Source: Azolla caroliniana (Eukaryota; Plantae; Polypodiophyta). Taken from it: a stretch of 64,000 nucleotides of DNA. The stretch is taken from positions 744,001-808,000 of the forward strand of contig JBHGNT010000001.1 in assembly GCA_043228905.1 (NCBI GenBank). Direction: 5' to 3'. Numbering within the stretch: position 1 is the first letter of the stretch; each line of letters begins with the position of its first letter. Shown piece after piece: positions 1 through 13,870 of this stretch. The notes beneath the pieces are model-generated. The model was given only the letters and a program-made list of their open reading frames with translations. It was not told the origin of the DNA and made no database searches. Both the position numbers and the translations under genes were made by a program.

Positions 1-1629
1 TTTCTCTCGGACTCTCTGGTACTGCGGGGTTTGAATCTCGAATCCCGCCACTTGTCAAAATTTCTCTTTACTGTCCACACAATCACCAAATCAAATACAT
101 ACATGAAGGTTAAAATATTCTCTCGATTTTCAATATATCTCAAGGAGATCGAAATCAAGAAACAAAACAAGAGAATTTTCGACATAACAATTCTATGACA
201 ACAATAACATCGCTAACCTTAAAACCTTTAAATTTTATAGTGTTATGCTATTTTATGACCATTATCCTTTTGAACCAAATTTAAAAGCTGATTGATGTAT
301 ATCCTTAAACATATTCATTGTCGTTTCATAACGATAGGCCATATTACGAGCATTATCCTTATGAACCAAATTTGTCTAATCTTAATGGTTTTAAGGGTTA
401 TGATAAGTGCGAAACCAATTATGCTTTGATTTTATACATGTGGCAGTCTTGGAGATCAGCTCTCGGTACAACATGATTTAGAGAGCAAAGATTTAACTTG
501 GGCAATTTTTTTTTCTCACCATGGATAAATGAAATAGTGGTTAGGGAAAAACGTTCAATGTTATGTAACCCACATGGGTTTTAAACTACCCATTGTGCAA
601 TTACACTATTCTCTATTTCAACTCCACCTCACACATCTATAGAGATGCTAAAGTGAGATGATTTCTTGCCTATTAACTCTTAACTACTCATATTGCTATT
701 TTATAAATGTTTCACATTTGGTTTGTCATTTTTTTCCGAATTACTGCACATGTCTAATTGGCAATTACATTTCCTAGTTTTTAGCTATTACATACAATTT
801 GGTAGAAAACGTGGGACCTTCCTAACTACCATTGGAGCACCTCCTTAATTCATCTAACACCTTTCTTAATTTATACTTAAAATTGCAAGGCTCAATGAAC
901 ATCACTTGTGTTGCAAATATACCAACATATTCAAGGACAAAGGATGAATATCATTTGTGATACGGGTATGGGCAAGGTCATGTTCATTGGGAGTCTCATT
1001 TTGACATCTATCCCAATGAATAAGTGTCCCTTAGTGTTGTAAGTTGCCAATACCCATATCACTCATGAGTTTGGTAGGAAAGTTGTCCCTTAGTGTTGTA
1101 AGTTTTGCACTACAACAAAAACTCTACAACTTTGTTGAAAATTTTAAATGATAATATCAGTATGGTTGCCTTCTTCTATTAAAGCGACACAAAACTTAGG
1201 TTTTATAGTGAAATATGGTTAATTGTCTATTTTCATAATGACATTTCAAATTTTAGACCATTACTAGATAGTACTTGATTAGGATACTACAAAGTTCAAT
1301 GATGTTGTTTAAGATTGTACTTTGGTTGATGCACACTTCAAAGAAATATCATAATAAACTTGAATTACCAAGACCAAGTTTAGGATCATTCATTTGGAAA
1401 CGCAAGAAAGCCAAAGATGAGTTGGGTCAAAGCACACTCTCTATGTATTGCAAGAGAGAGAAAATACACACGCCCTATGCCATCAACTTGCGCATAAGAG
1501 AGAACATTTGCATTCCTAAAGCAAAAAGGCAACTATGTTGCTTTGCTGTGCAATGTAGCTTATTGACTTGGTTAACTTAATGAGGATGAGATCACACACT
1601 AACTTAAGGTTGGGTCACAGTCTTCATAG

Positions 1630-2400
1630 TAGATCTTTCTAGGGTGCGCCATTGTCAAGAATAAAGAAAGAACATGGTGAATGTGTGTTAACTATCATCA
1701 TTCCGATAAAGCGACCATGAAAAATTCATATCCATTGCCCCTTGTTGACATCTTGATTGATTGTCTACATAGTGCTTGATACTATCACCGGATTTAAGAA
1801 TTATTGTTGACAAAGACATTCCTAAAACCTAGAGTTTATATCAAAATTGCCATTATAAATTTCTAGTCATGGCATTTGGATTGAATAATGTTGTCACCCT
1901 TTTTACCAAAAAATGAATGACACTTTCTGAGATGAACTGAGTCATTTTGTCATCGTTTACTTAGATATCATGTTCATTCGTACTCATAATTTACATTAGA
2001 ATTGTACTCATGTTTGTTTTTGTCCTACAAACAGTACAAGCCAAATGATTCTTTGCCAATGTTTTCTTAAAAGATCAATGTCTTATTTAGGACATTTAAT
2101 CATAGTCCATAGAGAAATTGAACATTTGGACAATTCCTTGTCCATAATAACTCCGCCTGTTTCTTGGTTTCATTAGTTTTTTGTGGAAATTGCATTGCAA
2201 CTTTTGCCAATAACTATACCTTTTATTCATCTTTTAAAAGGTCATGTTGTAAGCATACGAAACTAATTAACTTAAATCAATATTTGCGAAAATGTTTTGA
2301 CATTCTCAAGAAAGAGTTTTTGCTTGTTATGACACCTATTGTGATGACCCCTCCAAACCTTGGAAGGTTAAAATTTGGCACTAATGATAATGTAATTATC
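1630..2400 (+). mobile_element. Degenerate Ty3/gypsy reverse transcriptase remnant
   Basis: Frame-disrupted translation gives IVKNKERTW*MCVNY...ATMKNSYPLPLVDILIDCL, DIPKT, HYKFLVMAFGLNN and FVIVYLD, matching gypsy RT motifs (RMCVDY, YPLP, MPFGL, YLDD). Multiple stops and frameshifts. Confidence 0.8.
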
Positions 2401-2847
2401 ATTGTTTTTTATTTACATGAAAACACAACTTATTCTAAAACTAATAATCATACTCTAATTCCACATTGGTATCCAATTCAAGAAAAATAATGTTTTTTGT
2501 AAGCATTCACACACCTATGAGAATCGGTTTGTGTTCTAAATCTTTATGAGGTCATAAGGCAAATTTGGCTTTGAATATTACAATGTAACTTTAGATGGGT
2601 GTCCTAGACTACATATAAGTTGTGTCGATCGATTCATGGAAATCAATTTGTCGAAGGGGGAAGAAGAATGTCTATTTCCCAAAACACCAACTTGTCTTTC
2701 TTACACGCAAAAGCGTTAACATGCTCAAGCAAATAATTGATGTTAACCTCAAAGTCTATTGAGAAGATCATCTAAAGATCGTACTACATTTCAAGCTCAA
2801 AATCCTTGGATCCACTCAACCATTTCTCATGACCATCCCATCTCAAC

Positions 2848-2849
<2 letters not shown>

Positions 2850-2934
<85 letters not shown>

Positions 2935-2989
2935 ATTATTGTCTTCAGAGGTCAAATATGACCTATGAGACCATCCCATCTCCACCCAA

Positions 2990-3056
<67 letters not shown>

Positions 3057-3070
3057 GTGTGTGTGGTGTG
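2850..3070. repeat. Compound (TG)n(AG)n(AC)n microsatellite, locally duplicated
   Basis: Two blocks, each preceded by GACCATCCCATCTC and followed by TG/AG/AC runs. Confidence 0.9.
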
Positions 3071-3595
3071 CATAAACATATATAAATATGTGTACATATG
3101 TATGTAGAGGTTATGTAGAGGTATGTGTATGTGATTGATAATATACGGATGTATACTCACAGAGTCACATGTATAAGATTGCATATATTAACATGTAAAC
3201 TATGTGTATGGGTTTATATGTGTAATCATTAATTGTATGGGTATGTGAGGGCTATTTGGGAACAAATGGAGTTCTCTTTGTTCATGGGTAAAGACCGATG
3301 GGGTGGAGAGAAGTGTGGAAAGGGAGGAGTGATGTCTGAGTGACGTGCACATGTCACTCAATTGCAAGTCCAACATGGTGTTGGTCATCGACGTTGTCCA
3401 ACAACAAATGTTTTGATGTCATGCTATGTTTCTTTGGTCATTTGAACCTTATCTCCTATGTACTCCTAGTCACTTCTTCGACCTTGGTTTTGACCTTAAC
3501 CAATTATGAGCTCCCTTTTTGGGCACTTTTCTCCTCTATGCATAGCACATCGTGACATAGTACACATCCATTGATGCATAAGCATTTTCTTCGTT

Positions 3596-3950
3596 TGTTT
3601 TTAAAAAAAATTAAAAGAAAGGTGCATCTTAGTATATTACTTGAAAACTCTACATAGAAAAATTAGAAGGAGACATTTTATCTCACTTCTTATTGTAAGA
3701 TACAAAAGCTAGTATGTACATCTGATCAAACATATGATGTCATATATGAACACGTAGAACAGTACTATCCACTATCCTACATAAAAGAAGGTATGGCATA
3801 ATTCCACTTTGAACCAACAGTTGTATCCGAAAATAAGTGAAGTCCTTGCCATCGGTTCTTAAAGGCCACTTGTCGTTGCCACAAAACACATTTTCTTTGT
3901 TCGTGTTCATGCATACAATATTACATCCACGCAAGCACAAATATAAATTG
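3596..3950 (-). mobile_element. 3' end of a LINE-like non-LTR retrotransposon
   Basis: T/A-rich terminus followed by about 170 bp that clearly matches 32100-32260. Minus-strand remnants (..NKENVF.., WNYAIP) resemble a LINE ORF2 C-terminus. Confidence 0.55.
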
Positions 3951-4473
3951 CAAAGTTTACCAATATCAACAATAGCTCTGGATTAAGTGGTAACCACATG
4001 ATTTATAGCCTTGAGAGACTCATTGACTCAAACCTTTTATATGCATTGCTCATTGGATGCATTTCAATATTTTATCTTAACAAGAGCATGGAAGGATGGA
4101 GTTTCTCCACTTCTTGTTCATAGTATTGCAATTTCCAATCCATAGCCAATGCCTGAAACAAGGAGGATTAGATGATTGGTCTTCACCAAGGGATAAAAAA
4201 CACAATAACATCAATTTCCTTGGCCAAAGTTCAAAACAACAATGTCAAGGAGTTCAATTTTGAGCAGTACACCGTCAAAATAACTCACAATGTGATTTGG
4301 AATTATTGAGCTTCAAAAGTCGTACAAGTTGTGGAGTCGTATAGTGAAATACAAGTTAGATATATTTGATAGTAACTCAATATATATTGTTTATACAAGA
4401 ACATGATCTACCAATGAAATGAAAAGTCTACACTCTGTACCATAAGTAGGAAGGTAGGTTCATTTTCGAGTAC

Positions 4474-4945
4474 TTTTTTTTTTCTTAAAAAGATACACCT
4501 TGGTATTATGAAATCATAAGAAATACAAAAGTTGTGTTGGATAAACAAATATACCAACCGATTCCCTTGTACTCTCATCATAGCCGATTTGTTGAGCATA
4601 GCCAAAAATAAGGGCTGATCAAGCAAACACATATCGAAGATGAAGGTATTACAGTACTTTTCTTCTTTCTCAAGCATACCATAGGTAACATACATATGAA
4701 CCAAAGCAGTGGCAAGAAAACCTTATTCTCCAACAATTTCCTTTTCATGACCTCATCATGAATCGAGAGCAAGACCTTTACTTCACATTCGTTCGTAGAT
4801 TCTCAATGCTTTGTTATTTTGTTCATTTTGCATCGATCATACTATTCCAAGAAACTACATCTCGAACGGGAAGCTCTTCAAGTACATCTTGTGCTTTAAT
4901 AATCAAACCACATTTGCCATACCATTTTCGAATACTTTTGCAAAG
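4474..4945 (-). pseudogene. Degenerate PLS-class PPR fragment ending in a LINE-type tail and poly(A)
   Basis: Minus-strand remnants YGKCGLIIKAQDVLEELPVRDVVSWNSMI and IHDEVMKRKLLENKV..TALVHMYVTYG, followed by TAATACCAAGGTGTATCTTT and an A-run (T10 at 4474-4483). Confidence 0.75.
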
Positions 4946-5606
4946 CATACTTTGTGTTCGAAAGTAGACTTACCATGTACGAGAAATTATTCAGGCAATA
5001 TTTAAGTTTCACCATTACCAAGCACATGAATGCTAATAAGGTTTATTGCATAAAACTCATCTCCTACAACATGTGCGATTAATGTCTCACTACATTGTCA
5101 TGGACATCAAAACTTATAATTATTATCTCATATCTATGAACATGCGCGAAAGTTACATAAGAAGACATTACACTGATTGTGAGCATCATGTATGTATACA
5201 TGTGATGGGCACATTCAATTAATAGAGACTCATTTTATGAACATGCGCACTCTTGGTGTGGAGAAAACACTACATCATGTGTCATGACTTATAGCACATC
5301 AATATGTGCTAAAACATAGCATTGTGTTTAATCTTGCCTAAACCAACTATGTTCCTATATATGTGCACATAAAGAGAATTTGATTAATCTATTGTGTCAA
5401 TGAATGATTCTACTAAAGCTCTAACACTTGCATTGAACAACACGAACACTTTGCTATTTGTCTTTGTGGATTTTGATCATGAAATATTTATTCGCATCTA
5501 TATTGTCATTTCGTGAGTTTGCGTAGTCTCATCTTGACAAAGTTTATGAACATGCGGTTTCAAGGAGAGTTATTTTTCATTGTATGGATGGTCATGTACC
5601 AATATT

Positions 5607-5979
5607 TGTGAATCATGCATGGGCCATGGATGGTTCACAGAGAAAGGGAAAAAAACATTTAAAAGCTCACCAACATTGCTCAAGTACTGTAAGTGTAATT
5701 GCGAGTGTGAGTAGATATGTATGTGAACACATGCACACGTGTGTGCATGTGGACAAATAAGAAGAGGTGTGAGTGAGTGATTAGTGTGAATGGCCAAGGG
5801 GGCTTGCACCCCTATGTATCTACCCTTGTAACTATTAAACCCCTTATGGGGAATGAATGAAGAAGGTATAGTTCTCTCTCAATCTCTCTCTCTTGTCATC
5901 TCTCTTTCTCTCTCTCTCCCCTTACGTTGAACCCCCTTGGGAGGGGGTTGGTGCCTAGAACACCCCACAATGATTCACA
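5607..5979 (+). mobile_element. Solo-LTR-like element
   Basis: Perfect 10-bp terminal inverted repeat TGTGAATCAT...ATGATTCACA (TG..CA ends), internal TATA-like CTATTAAA followed by a CT-rich tract. No clean 4-5 bp TSD. Confidence 0.55.
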
Positions 5980-7496
5980 ATTCACATCAACATCTTCGCC
6001 CATCAATCCCGCAATCCTCATCCTCTCCATCACCATCAACATTCATTATCATCATCATTGTTAACCCTATTTCTATCTTCATCATTATTATCAACCCTAA
6101 TCCTAAAACCTATAACAAGTACTTGCATTCGAGAATCAAATTTCACCTACTAACATGGAGCATGTAAAGATGATTAGCTTATTATCTATCAGAGCAATAT
6201 TGATGTTGTGGCTTTTGACCTTTAACGTAAATTGAATCCTACGTCATGGAACTTTTAACATCATATTCTTCATGAAGTTGGTATTGCATGTTATGAAACA
6301 ATGCAAATGACTAAGAATGATTTTGTACTTTGCAAATGTGAATAAGGCATATAATTTTAGCCATATACTAGAAGTAACTAGTAGAATACATTGTGTTTGA
6401 TGATGAATACTTGTTAATGTCTTGAAAGTGTGAATTTTGACCTCGAAAAATTATACACGAAGTTGAACTATTAAAATATACTTCTACGTCTAGGCAATAG
6501 GGCATTCATTTTGCAACTGCTTACTCAGGCGAGCAAGTTATCACCAAAACCTTCACCGATACATGTCGTGATCATTTGCAGTTTGGGAATAGTAGAGCGT
6601 AATAATCTTGGAGATATGGGATACAAATATGTTTGGCTATTGTATATACACATCAAATTGGCCATGTCGTGGGTCTAAGGGAATCATATGTTAGCTCTGA
6701 TTCTCCCACACAAGTTATGTACCTCTTTCTTGTGATTATATAATACCAAGGCATATGTTTTACAAAAAAAAGAAGCCTTCAATACATTGGCATGTTGTGG
6801 TATAGCTTGTGAGAATGATACACCTATTACCATGTTATAAGAGGTATACATGTAAAAACTCCAAGTTTATGATTTGTAGACATTTGCAGTTTCTTGTTGA
6901 ATGGAAGCAAATAAATATGAGATAGTTCATGGTGCAAAAGCACAGAGGTTGTTGTGTGCACCATGTATGCCTAGCTAGAGGCTTTTAGTATCATGATACA
7001 TGTGTGCCATCTTTGTGCATCAATATACATTGTGCACATTTTTCTCTTTAGTAGCCTAGCTACGCTACAACTTCAGGTGCACATTATGAAGAAGGAATAT
7101 GACTACTCATCCATGGATGGCAATACACGAACCATATAATGAATTGGTTTACATGATTTAGAGAACACAATGTCAATGGTTATCGCGAAACAAACATAAC
7201 TTTGACATATTATAAAATGTCTTCATATTACATTTGAGCACAATAAGAAGGCCACTTGGTATACTAGGTACAACGACTCGGTATATTAGTCTTGTTAAAT
7301 GACGTGGCCTTGCTTCCAAAAGTATGTGGACATTGTAGATAAATTTACAACATGGATAGACATAAATGCAATCAAAAGTTTCCAAACATAATCATCGTTG
7401 CGCATCTAGGTATCTATGATAGCACACTCATATATACATAACTGCACAAGTAGACAAACATGTTGAGGATAAGAAATTAAAAGTGGAGATATTGTG

Positions 7497-7499
7497 AGT

Positions 7500-7554
<55 letters not shown>

Positions 7555-7571
7555 ACACACACACACACACA
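7497..7571. repeat. (GA)n(CA)n microsatellite
   Basis: Directly visible dinucleotide runs. Confidence 0.95.
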
Positions 7572-8399
7572 AAGAGGGAGAGAGTAATGAACAAAATCTA
7601 TTTATATATGTATGTATAAGAGGATCAATGTATTGCTAATTATGTACACAAGAATCAAGACATGTATATACACAAGTACATTCATAAAGAGACAAACTTG
7701 TGGTGGGGAAGAAAACTTAACAAAAGACCGACAATATGTATGTATAGGATTGCGGTGACATTCATTCATATAAAATTTCAAAACATCTCGGTTCAAGTTG
7801 GCGCTAGTGTTCAAGCATATAAAATTATGTATCAACATCAAAATCACTATCATAATATTATGTACATTTAACCAAAAGCATGTAATAATAACATATCGAA
7901 TTTTGTGGGGTGAGAAATGTTTTGTAACAAATATGTAGCTTCTTGCTTGTTTGTCTAGAAGGCTTGTTACAAGATATACACAAAATGGAAAGAAATAGAG
8001 CACATCAAACAACGAAGATGTGATGACATGAATAGTAGACGATTGTGTGTGTGCACGCGTGTTCCGTCATATGAGCCCACAAAGGTTTTCTCAAAGTGTA
8101 CCACGCGGAAAGTTGGGAACAAGGGGAACAACGAACATGTTGAGCCCGACACTTTTCCTTTATGTTCTTTTGTTTTTCTATGAAAAACTTTTTGTATTCA
8201 TTTTCATTTTCACAGATATCCTCATGTTGCATGCCTCACCTAATAACTTCAACTTGCACCTTCCAAATAAACCTTTAAGAAGATTTTTCCAAAAAAACTT
8301 GTCCCACAATATTTATTAGGAGCTTCTATCCCACACCAAAAATAACATTAAATCCCGACTCTTATGTACGAGTATTAAGAGCGTTACTTTACATGAAAA

Positions 8400-9900
8400 T
8401 GATATATGAACGAAATGCCATGGAGTTTGAGACTCTTTGGATCTATGAAGCATTGGTTCATTTACAATTATGTGAAGCTCGACCATAAATTCAATATATG
8501 TAGGTGTTTAGAAAACCTATGCCTTTGTGCAACTTCCATACATAGAACACAAATTAAGGATATACAACATATGTACATGTAAAGACCCTACACACAATGA
8601 TATCCATCACAATCTCCCTAGAAATAACTAGAACATAGGCATTATTATAATACCGTGTTGCCCAACATTTCCCTCCTTTACACTATGTTATATCCCAATT
8701 CAATACAACCCACATGAATATAATTGAGGATGAACTAGTTTGTACGCTCCACATTTTCAAAGAGCCTTCAGTCAAGCTTTCATAAAAGTTTTGCATTCCT
8801 ATTTGATATCGTGTTTCATGTTGAATGTGATTAGCTACTAGAGGTACTTCCAAAAATCATTCAAGAAATAGGCCTTTCAAAGAGTGTGAAATACCTATTA
8901 AATACAACCTACCCAGGTAAAATTAGCAATGAACTAACTTGGGTCCACGTTTCAAAGGAAATTTTCCACCAAGTGTCATAAAAGTTTGATGGATAACCAC
9001 TTTTTCAATGAAAACTTAACCAACTATTCATATAAAGTCTTTAACAAACAAAGTCCTATCTTTTTCTTTGTTTAGTGTGACACTTTTTTCTCTATTTTAC
9101 TCCAATAAGTAATCTATTGTCCTTGACAATAGATAAAGTGTTCGCCATGATTGTCGAAATACAATGTATGAATGCATACATATTATTTATAAATTTATAT
9201 AGTGTAGATGGAATTACTAGGAGGATCATGGCATAAATCAACTTTAAAAAAGTAATGATTTTGAGTAAAATTTATGTTCAATGTCTTCAATTGAGGGAAA
9301 ACATATGTGATAAATATTGCTTGGATGCGTGGTTAGCTTAAATTGTTATCACTATTAAGAACTTGCCATTATACATATATATCTCTTATAAGTTTTCACT
9401 TTGACCGGAAATTATTGAATTGATGTAGTCAAATGTTGCTTGTTTCATTGATGGGTTATTGGTAAACCAAGCCATAAACTTCAAGGAATTCTCCATAGAC
9501 AAACATACAAGTAATTGTCTTCTCTTGCATTTGGTGCATGGTAATATTGAACAAACTCAATATGGTCTCATGGCCTGTCTCAATTTCATTATAATGCCTA
9601 TATGGTTGGTTTAACATCTATTTTTACCAGCCAAATATGTGGTGCCCAAATGTATAATATGAATTTTTTTTCTTGACCAAGCTATGGCATCAAAAGCCTA
9701 CGTCTTTTGTACAATTATTCTCTCTAAGGACATCTGATCTGTTTTGTGTAGTTCCTTCTTTGGTACATGTCAATTAACATATATATTAGTTTTTTATACC
9801 AAAATTTACATAATATATCAACCTTACATTAAATGTAATAATATGTACATGGAACTATATATGGTTCTTCATGCAAAAGTTTATTGTGTTTAAGTTCTAG
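8400..9900 (-). mobile_element. Highly decayed LINE ORF2 (RT) remnant
   Basis: Minus-strand AFDAIAWS at about 9675-9700 resembles the LINE RT motif KAFDxVxW; a weaker W..K-GG motif lies near 8670. Boundaries approximate. Confidence 0.4.
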
Positions 9901-10875
9901 TAATAAAACTTGATAGAATTTGCGTGCTAGCCTCTCCACAAGATTAAATTTCCATTAATATGTTTTAACTAACATTTATTAGCCTCACCTCAAGGGAATG
10001 GAGTTGTTTCGACCCTTGGGTTGTGAAAGGCATATTTCCGGGAGGCATCTATTAGCACTATCTTGAACAAAAAAGCAACCATAAAATCAAAGTCAACCTT
10101 ATAGGTAATAAGGTGTTTGGGACTAGTGGTCTAGCCAACTTGGCCCCTTGCACACAAGGGTTTTCTATGCTTGGGCTACAAACAAGCCGACCATTAACGT
10201 GACTGATGAGTGACATAAACAAATAAATCAATAGTTGACCATTCAACATCTCATGGATACCAATTGGGTTAAACTTCACCCATCCCCAATATTATACCTA
10301 TACTTAACAACAAGGTTCCCAACAATGTATTTTATTTCAATTTGATGTATTTTATGTCAATGTGTTCATTAAGCAATAATAGTTGGTGGGAATATTTAAA
10401 GAAAAACTCTTTTTACATATGATTACACCATTTTCACATGGTGCTTATCGTGCAATATATTTAAAATTGTAAAAAAGGCTATATAGTATCATAGAGATGG
10501 CATTAATTTAAACTAGCAATGAAATTTAAACATGAGGCATTAGCATTTGAAAGCTTTAGTTGGTTAGTTAAGGTCTGTAACATGGAATCCTCGCTAAGAA
10601 AATGTATCTAACCATAAAAAAAGTGAAGAACATAAAACTAACACAAATCTTCATGCAGGGCCACCAATTTTAGCATTTTCCATGTTCATAGTTCTGTTGC
10701 GTAGATTTGACCATAAGAAAATGGTTACATACATTAAGCGGCCCTTAATATTATTTATTAATTAGCCTATGCTCTCATAACTTTGGCCAATGTAAACCTT
10801 GACCCACATATTCTCATCAGTGGGACCAAGGTCTCCAATGAAAACAATACTTAGAACAGCCATATTGAAAGTTTC

Positions 10876-11479
10876 TTTTTTTTTTCCAAACGAAAGATAC
10901 ACCTTGGTATTACAAAATAATTAGCAATACAAAAGTTGATGGCTGGTTCGGTGAGAACAACACCACCACCAAAACAAAGCTAATGTCAATCATAAATCCA
11001 TCCATCCATTCATGAGGAGAGAAGGACCTAAAAACATTTTCAATTTTGCTTTTGCTTCAAACATGATGGTTGGTTCGGTCAGAACAACAACACCACCAAA
11101 ACAAAGCTAATGCCAACCATAAATCTATCCATCCATTCATGAGAGAAGGACCTAAAAACATTTCCGACTTCGATTTTGCTATCCACATCTATTGAAGTAT
11201 GCTAAGAGCAATGCAAAGATAGAGCTTCAAATCCATACACATACAACTAGGTGCAAGTGTCGTTATCTCCTTGCTCATCCTATCAGAAATGCGAGGAAAC
11301 ATAGTGGATCCTCCACTGAACACAACATTACCATAGAGGTCTTTCTGGATATCCACATCACACTTCAAGCTAGAGTTGTATATAGTTTCATGGATATTTG
11401 CAGCCTCCATGCCGATGAGAGATGGCTGAAATAAAACTTTTGGACATTGGAATCGCTCTACACTTATAGTTATCACTTC
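10876..11479 (-). pseudogene. ACT: Processed (retroposed) actin 3' fragment with duplicated 3'UTR and poly(A)
   Basis: [77 protein letters not shown], then frameshifted VWI..SI.A..FQ*MWIAK and RKCF* (11152-11166). No intron at the conserved plant actin FQQ|MWI position. T10 at 10876-10885. Confidence 0.9.
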
Positions 11480-11720
11480 ATTTCACAATATAACATTTCA
11501 GCTTGGCAACTTTCCAAGCAGTTTTTGTGCTTTCAAAAGAGCACCACATTTAGCATACATGCTGATAAAAAAATGTTGCTACATATGAGCATTTTTCAAG
11601 CAAGCCTTTTTCTCACAATATATGCATGTATTCTAGAACCTTCACGAAGATCCTTCCACTGAGCAAAAGCTTTGAGAAATGACACAACATTGAAATCTTC
11701 TTTTGACATTCTCTTCATTT
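11480..11720 (-). pseudogene. PPR fragment fused to the actin fragment
   Basis: VVSFLKAFAQWKDLREGSRIHAYIVRKR then SMYAKCGALLKAQKLLGKLPS*NVIL*N, which is a PLS PPR motif, reading in frame into actin VITI. Confidence 0.8.
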
Positions 11721-12657
11721 CTCTGTTAAGTGATGATACCATAATGTTCTTCTTCCCCTTTTTTCTCTTAAATTTCCCATATTTAGGATGACATTCAATG
11801 TCTTTCCCTACCACATATGTCTCCTCATAACCGATTTGATGTGTATATACAAGAACTACACATATTTGTACACCATATTCCAAGATTTTTATCGTCTACT
11901 CCTCACAAACTTGAATTGAGCATGCAATATAACCTATACCACCAAAATTTGTAACAATAGAGTGTTCATAAACAAATTAGTAGACATTGTTTCCCAAAAT
12001 GATAGGAACAGTATACATCCAAATTATGTGATCTCCATCTTCCCTAAAAGTGAGCATAGAGTCTCATAACCATTTCAAATGCATTTGCTTCCTGAAAATG
12101 ACATCAGCATTGCCTGTGAAACTTTCATACTAACTACGTAAAGTATGAACAAGTAACAACCAAACTTCAACAATCATAATAGAACCATCATGAGTGGCAT
12201 TGTCAAATATTGATGTGCATCGCACCTTCCAAATTCCCACATCAGAATAGATGAAATTGTCTTCCAGATAATATCATCCCTAAATTGCAAACAATCACTT
12301 ATAAAAGGTTGAACCATTTGTATATGAGGATGAACTATGTGAAGGCTTCTAGTATATCATCCTTTTCATATAACAAGAGTTGTCCCTCTAGAATGCCCCA
12401 CCTAACCGCACCCCAAGTGATCACACAATTACCATGTATCAATATCAATAACCTTAATACTCTCTGCCATACTTCCATCATACATCCACAACCAAAAAAC
12501 CACATGACTTACTATCTAGTTGCCGCAACCACACGCGAATCGGTAGTGCATAGTGGATCAATAACCATCGAAAAAGGACAATCTTCCTGGGAATCTGCAT
12601 ACTCCATAATCACTTCCAATATTTAGATGCATCCATTAAAGAGGCCTCATTCGCCAA

Positions 12658-13870
12658 CTACACTTTCATAGCGGATGGCAGATGCAATTTCCTACTTAAG
12701 AGTAACTTTTGTCCCAACCTCACAGAATATTGAAAAAATTTAGCATGGGATGAAAGGTTTGTATGTTTCCAAAGATAATCTGATGGATCCCAATACAAGT
12801 CCAACAATGACTTTTTTTCAAAAACCCATAGCTGGCAAAGCAGCATACTATTAGAAGGAGAAGGATCTAAAATCCATCTTTTACCAAATTTACTAATCAC
12901 TCTCACCGGATGATGCAATGACGTTTCCCAGATTGGCGATTCCACCTTAGTCTGCCATAATCTTCCTTCCTTAGATACATCAAAATAGTAGCAGTCTCCT
13001 TGAGACGTTGTTCCTTTTGTTCCTATCATAACACCAAGTGGAGTAAAATATCCAAACCAAACATGCTCAAAAGATGGTGACCAATTAGAGAGAAAATTCC
13101 CTAAAGATAACTGAATTTCATCAAACATAAGTCTAAAACCCCTACACATGGTAGCATCTAGCTGTGAATTATTAAGATGACAAACATAATTTCCCCAAGA
13201 AGCTACAGTGCCAACTATACCATTGTCCAACTTAGCCCATTGTAATCGGGGTCTACTGCCAAGCAATACACCCCTCTCATCAGAAAAAATAAAATTCCAA
13301 ATCAAAGGTTACCGCAACAGTTCTTATGAGATAACAAATTCTTAAACAATTGTTGTGATTTTTTCTCATGTATGCCCTTTATGTAAATTTAAGGAATTCG
13401 ATCTAATTTCTTGCAAATGAGTTTGATGATTTTCCATCGAATGGAAGTTCTAAGTTTTGCATCCAACCTATCACACTTTGTATCCCAATTAGAAATACTA
13501 GCTCTCCATAAACCATATTGTCAAAATAACCAAAACAAGCTTGTGGTTCTGGTTAACCAACCTATCATTCCCCATATAGAGATGCATCACATCATCTCTA
13601 TCCTAGTTCATCTATCTATCATTGCGTAAATTGATATACAATTGATGGAGATGTCCTTTGGCATCCAATATTCGTTTGCTAAACAAAATAACTATGTTGT
13701 CAAAAGTCCAATTGTCGCTATTAGACATCAATCATTAACCCCCTTATAAGAAGTTGACATGTTATGAAATCACATACATCAAATGTCAATTGCTAAAGGC
13801 TTGTTGGGCATTCAATGTATTTTAACATTGATGAGTTATAGCAATAACTACCTTCAGTTTTTCAAGGCCT
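12658..13870 (-). mobile_element. LINE ORF2 fragment (region between RT and zf-RVT)
   Basis: 215-aa Trp-rich ORF 12658-13305 with ...WDPSDYLWK...FFQYSVRLGQKLL, typical of plant L1-like ORF2. Degenerate continuation upstream; boundaries approximate. Confidence 0.6.

Noticed and set aside
2759-3184. Several ORFs with CVCV/ERER/HTHT runs
   Set aside because: Translation artefacts of dinucleotide microsatellites.
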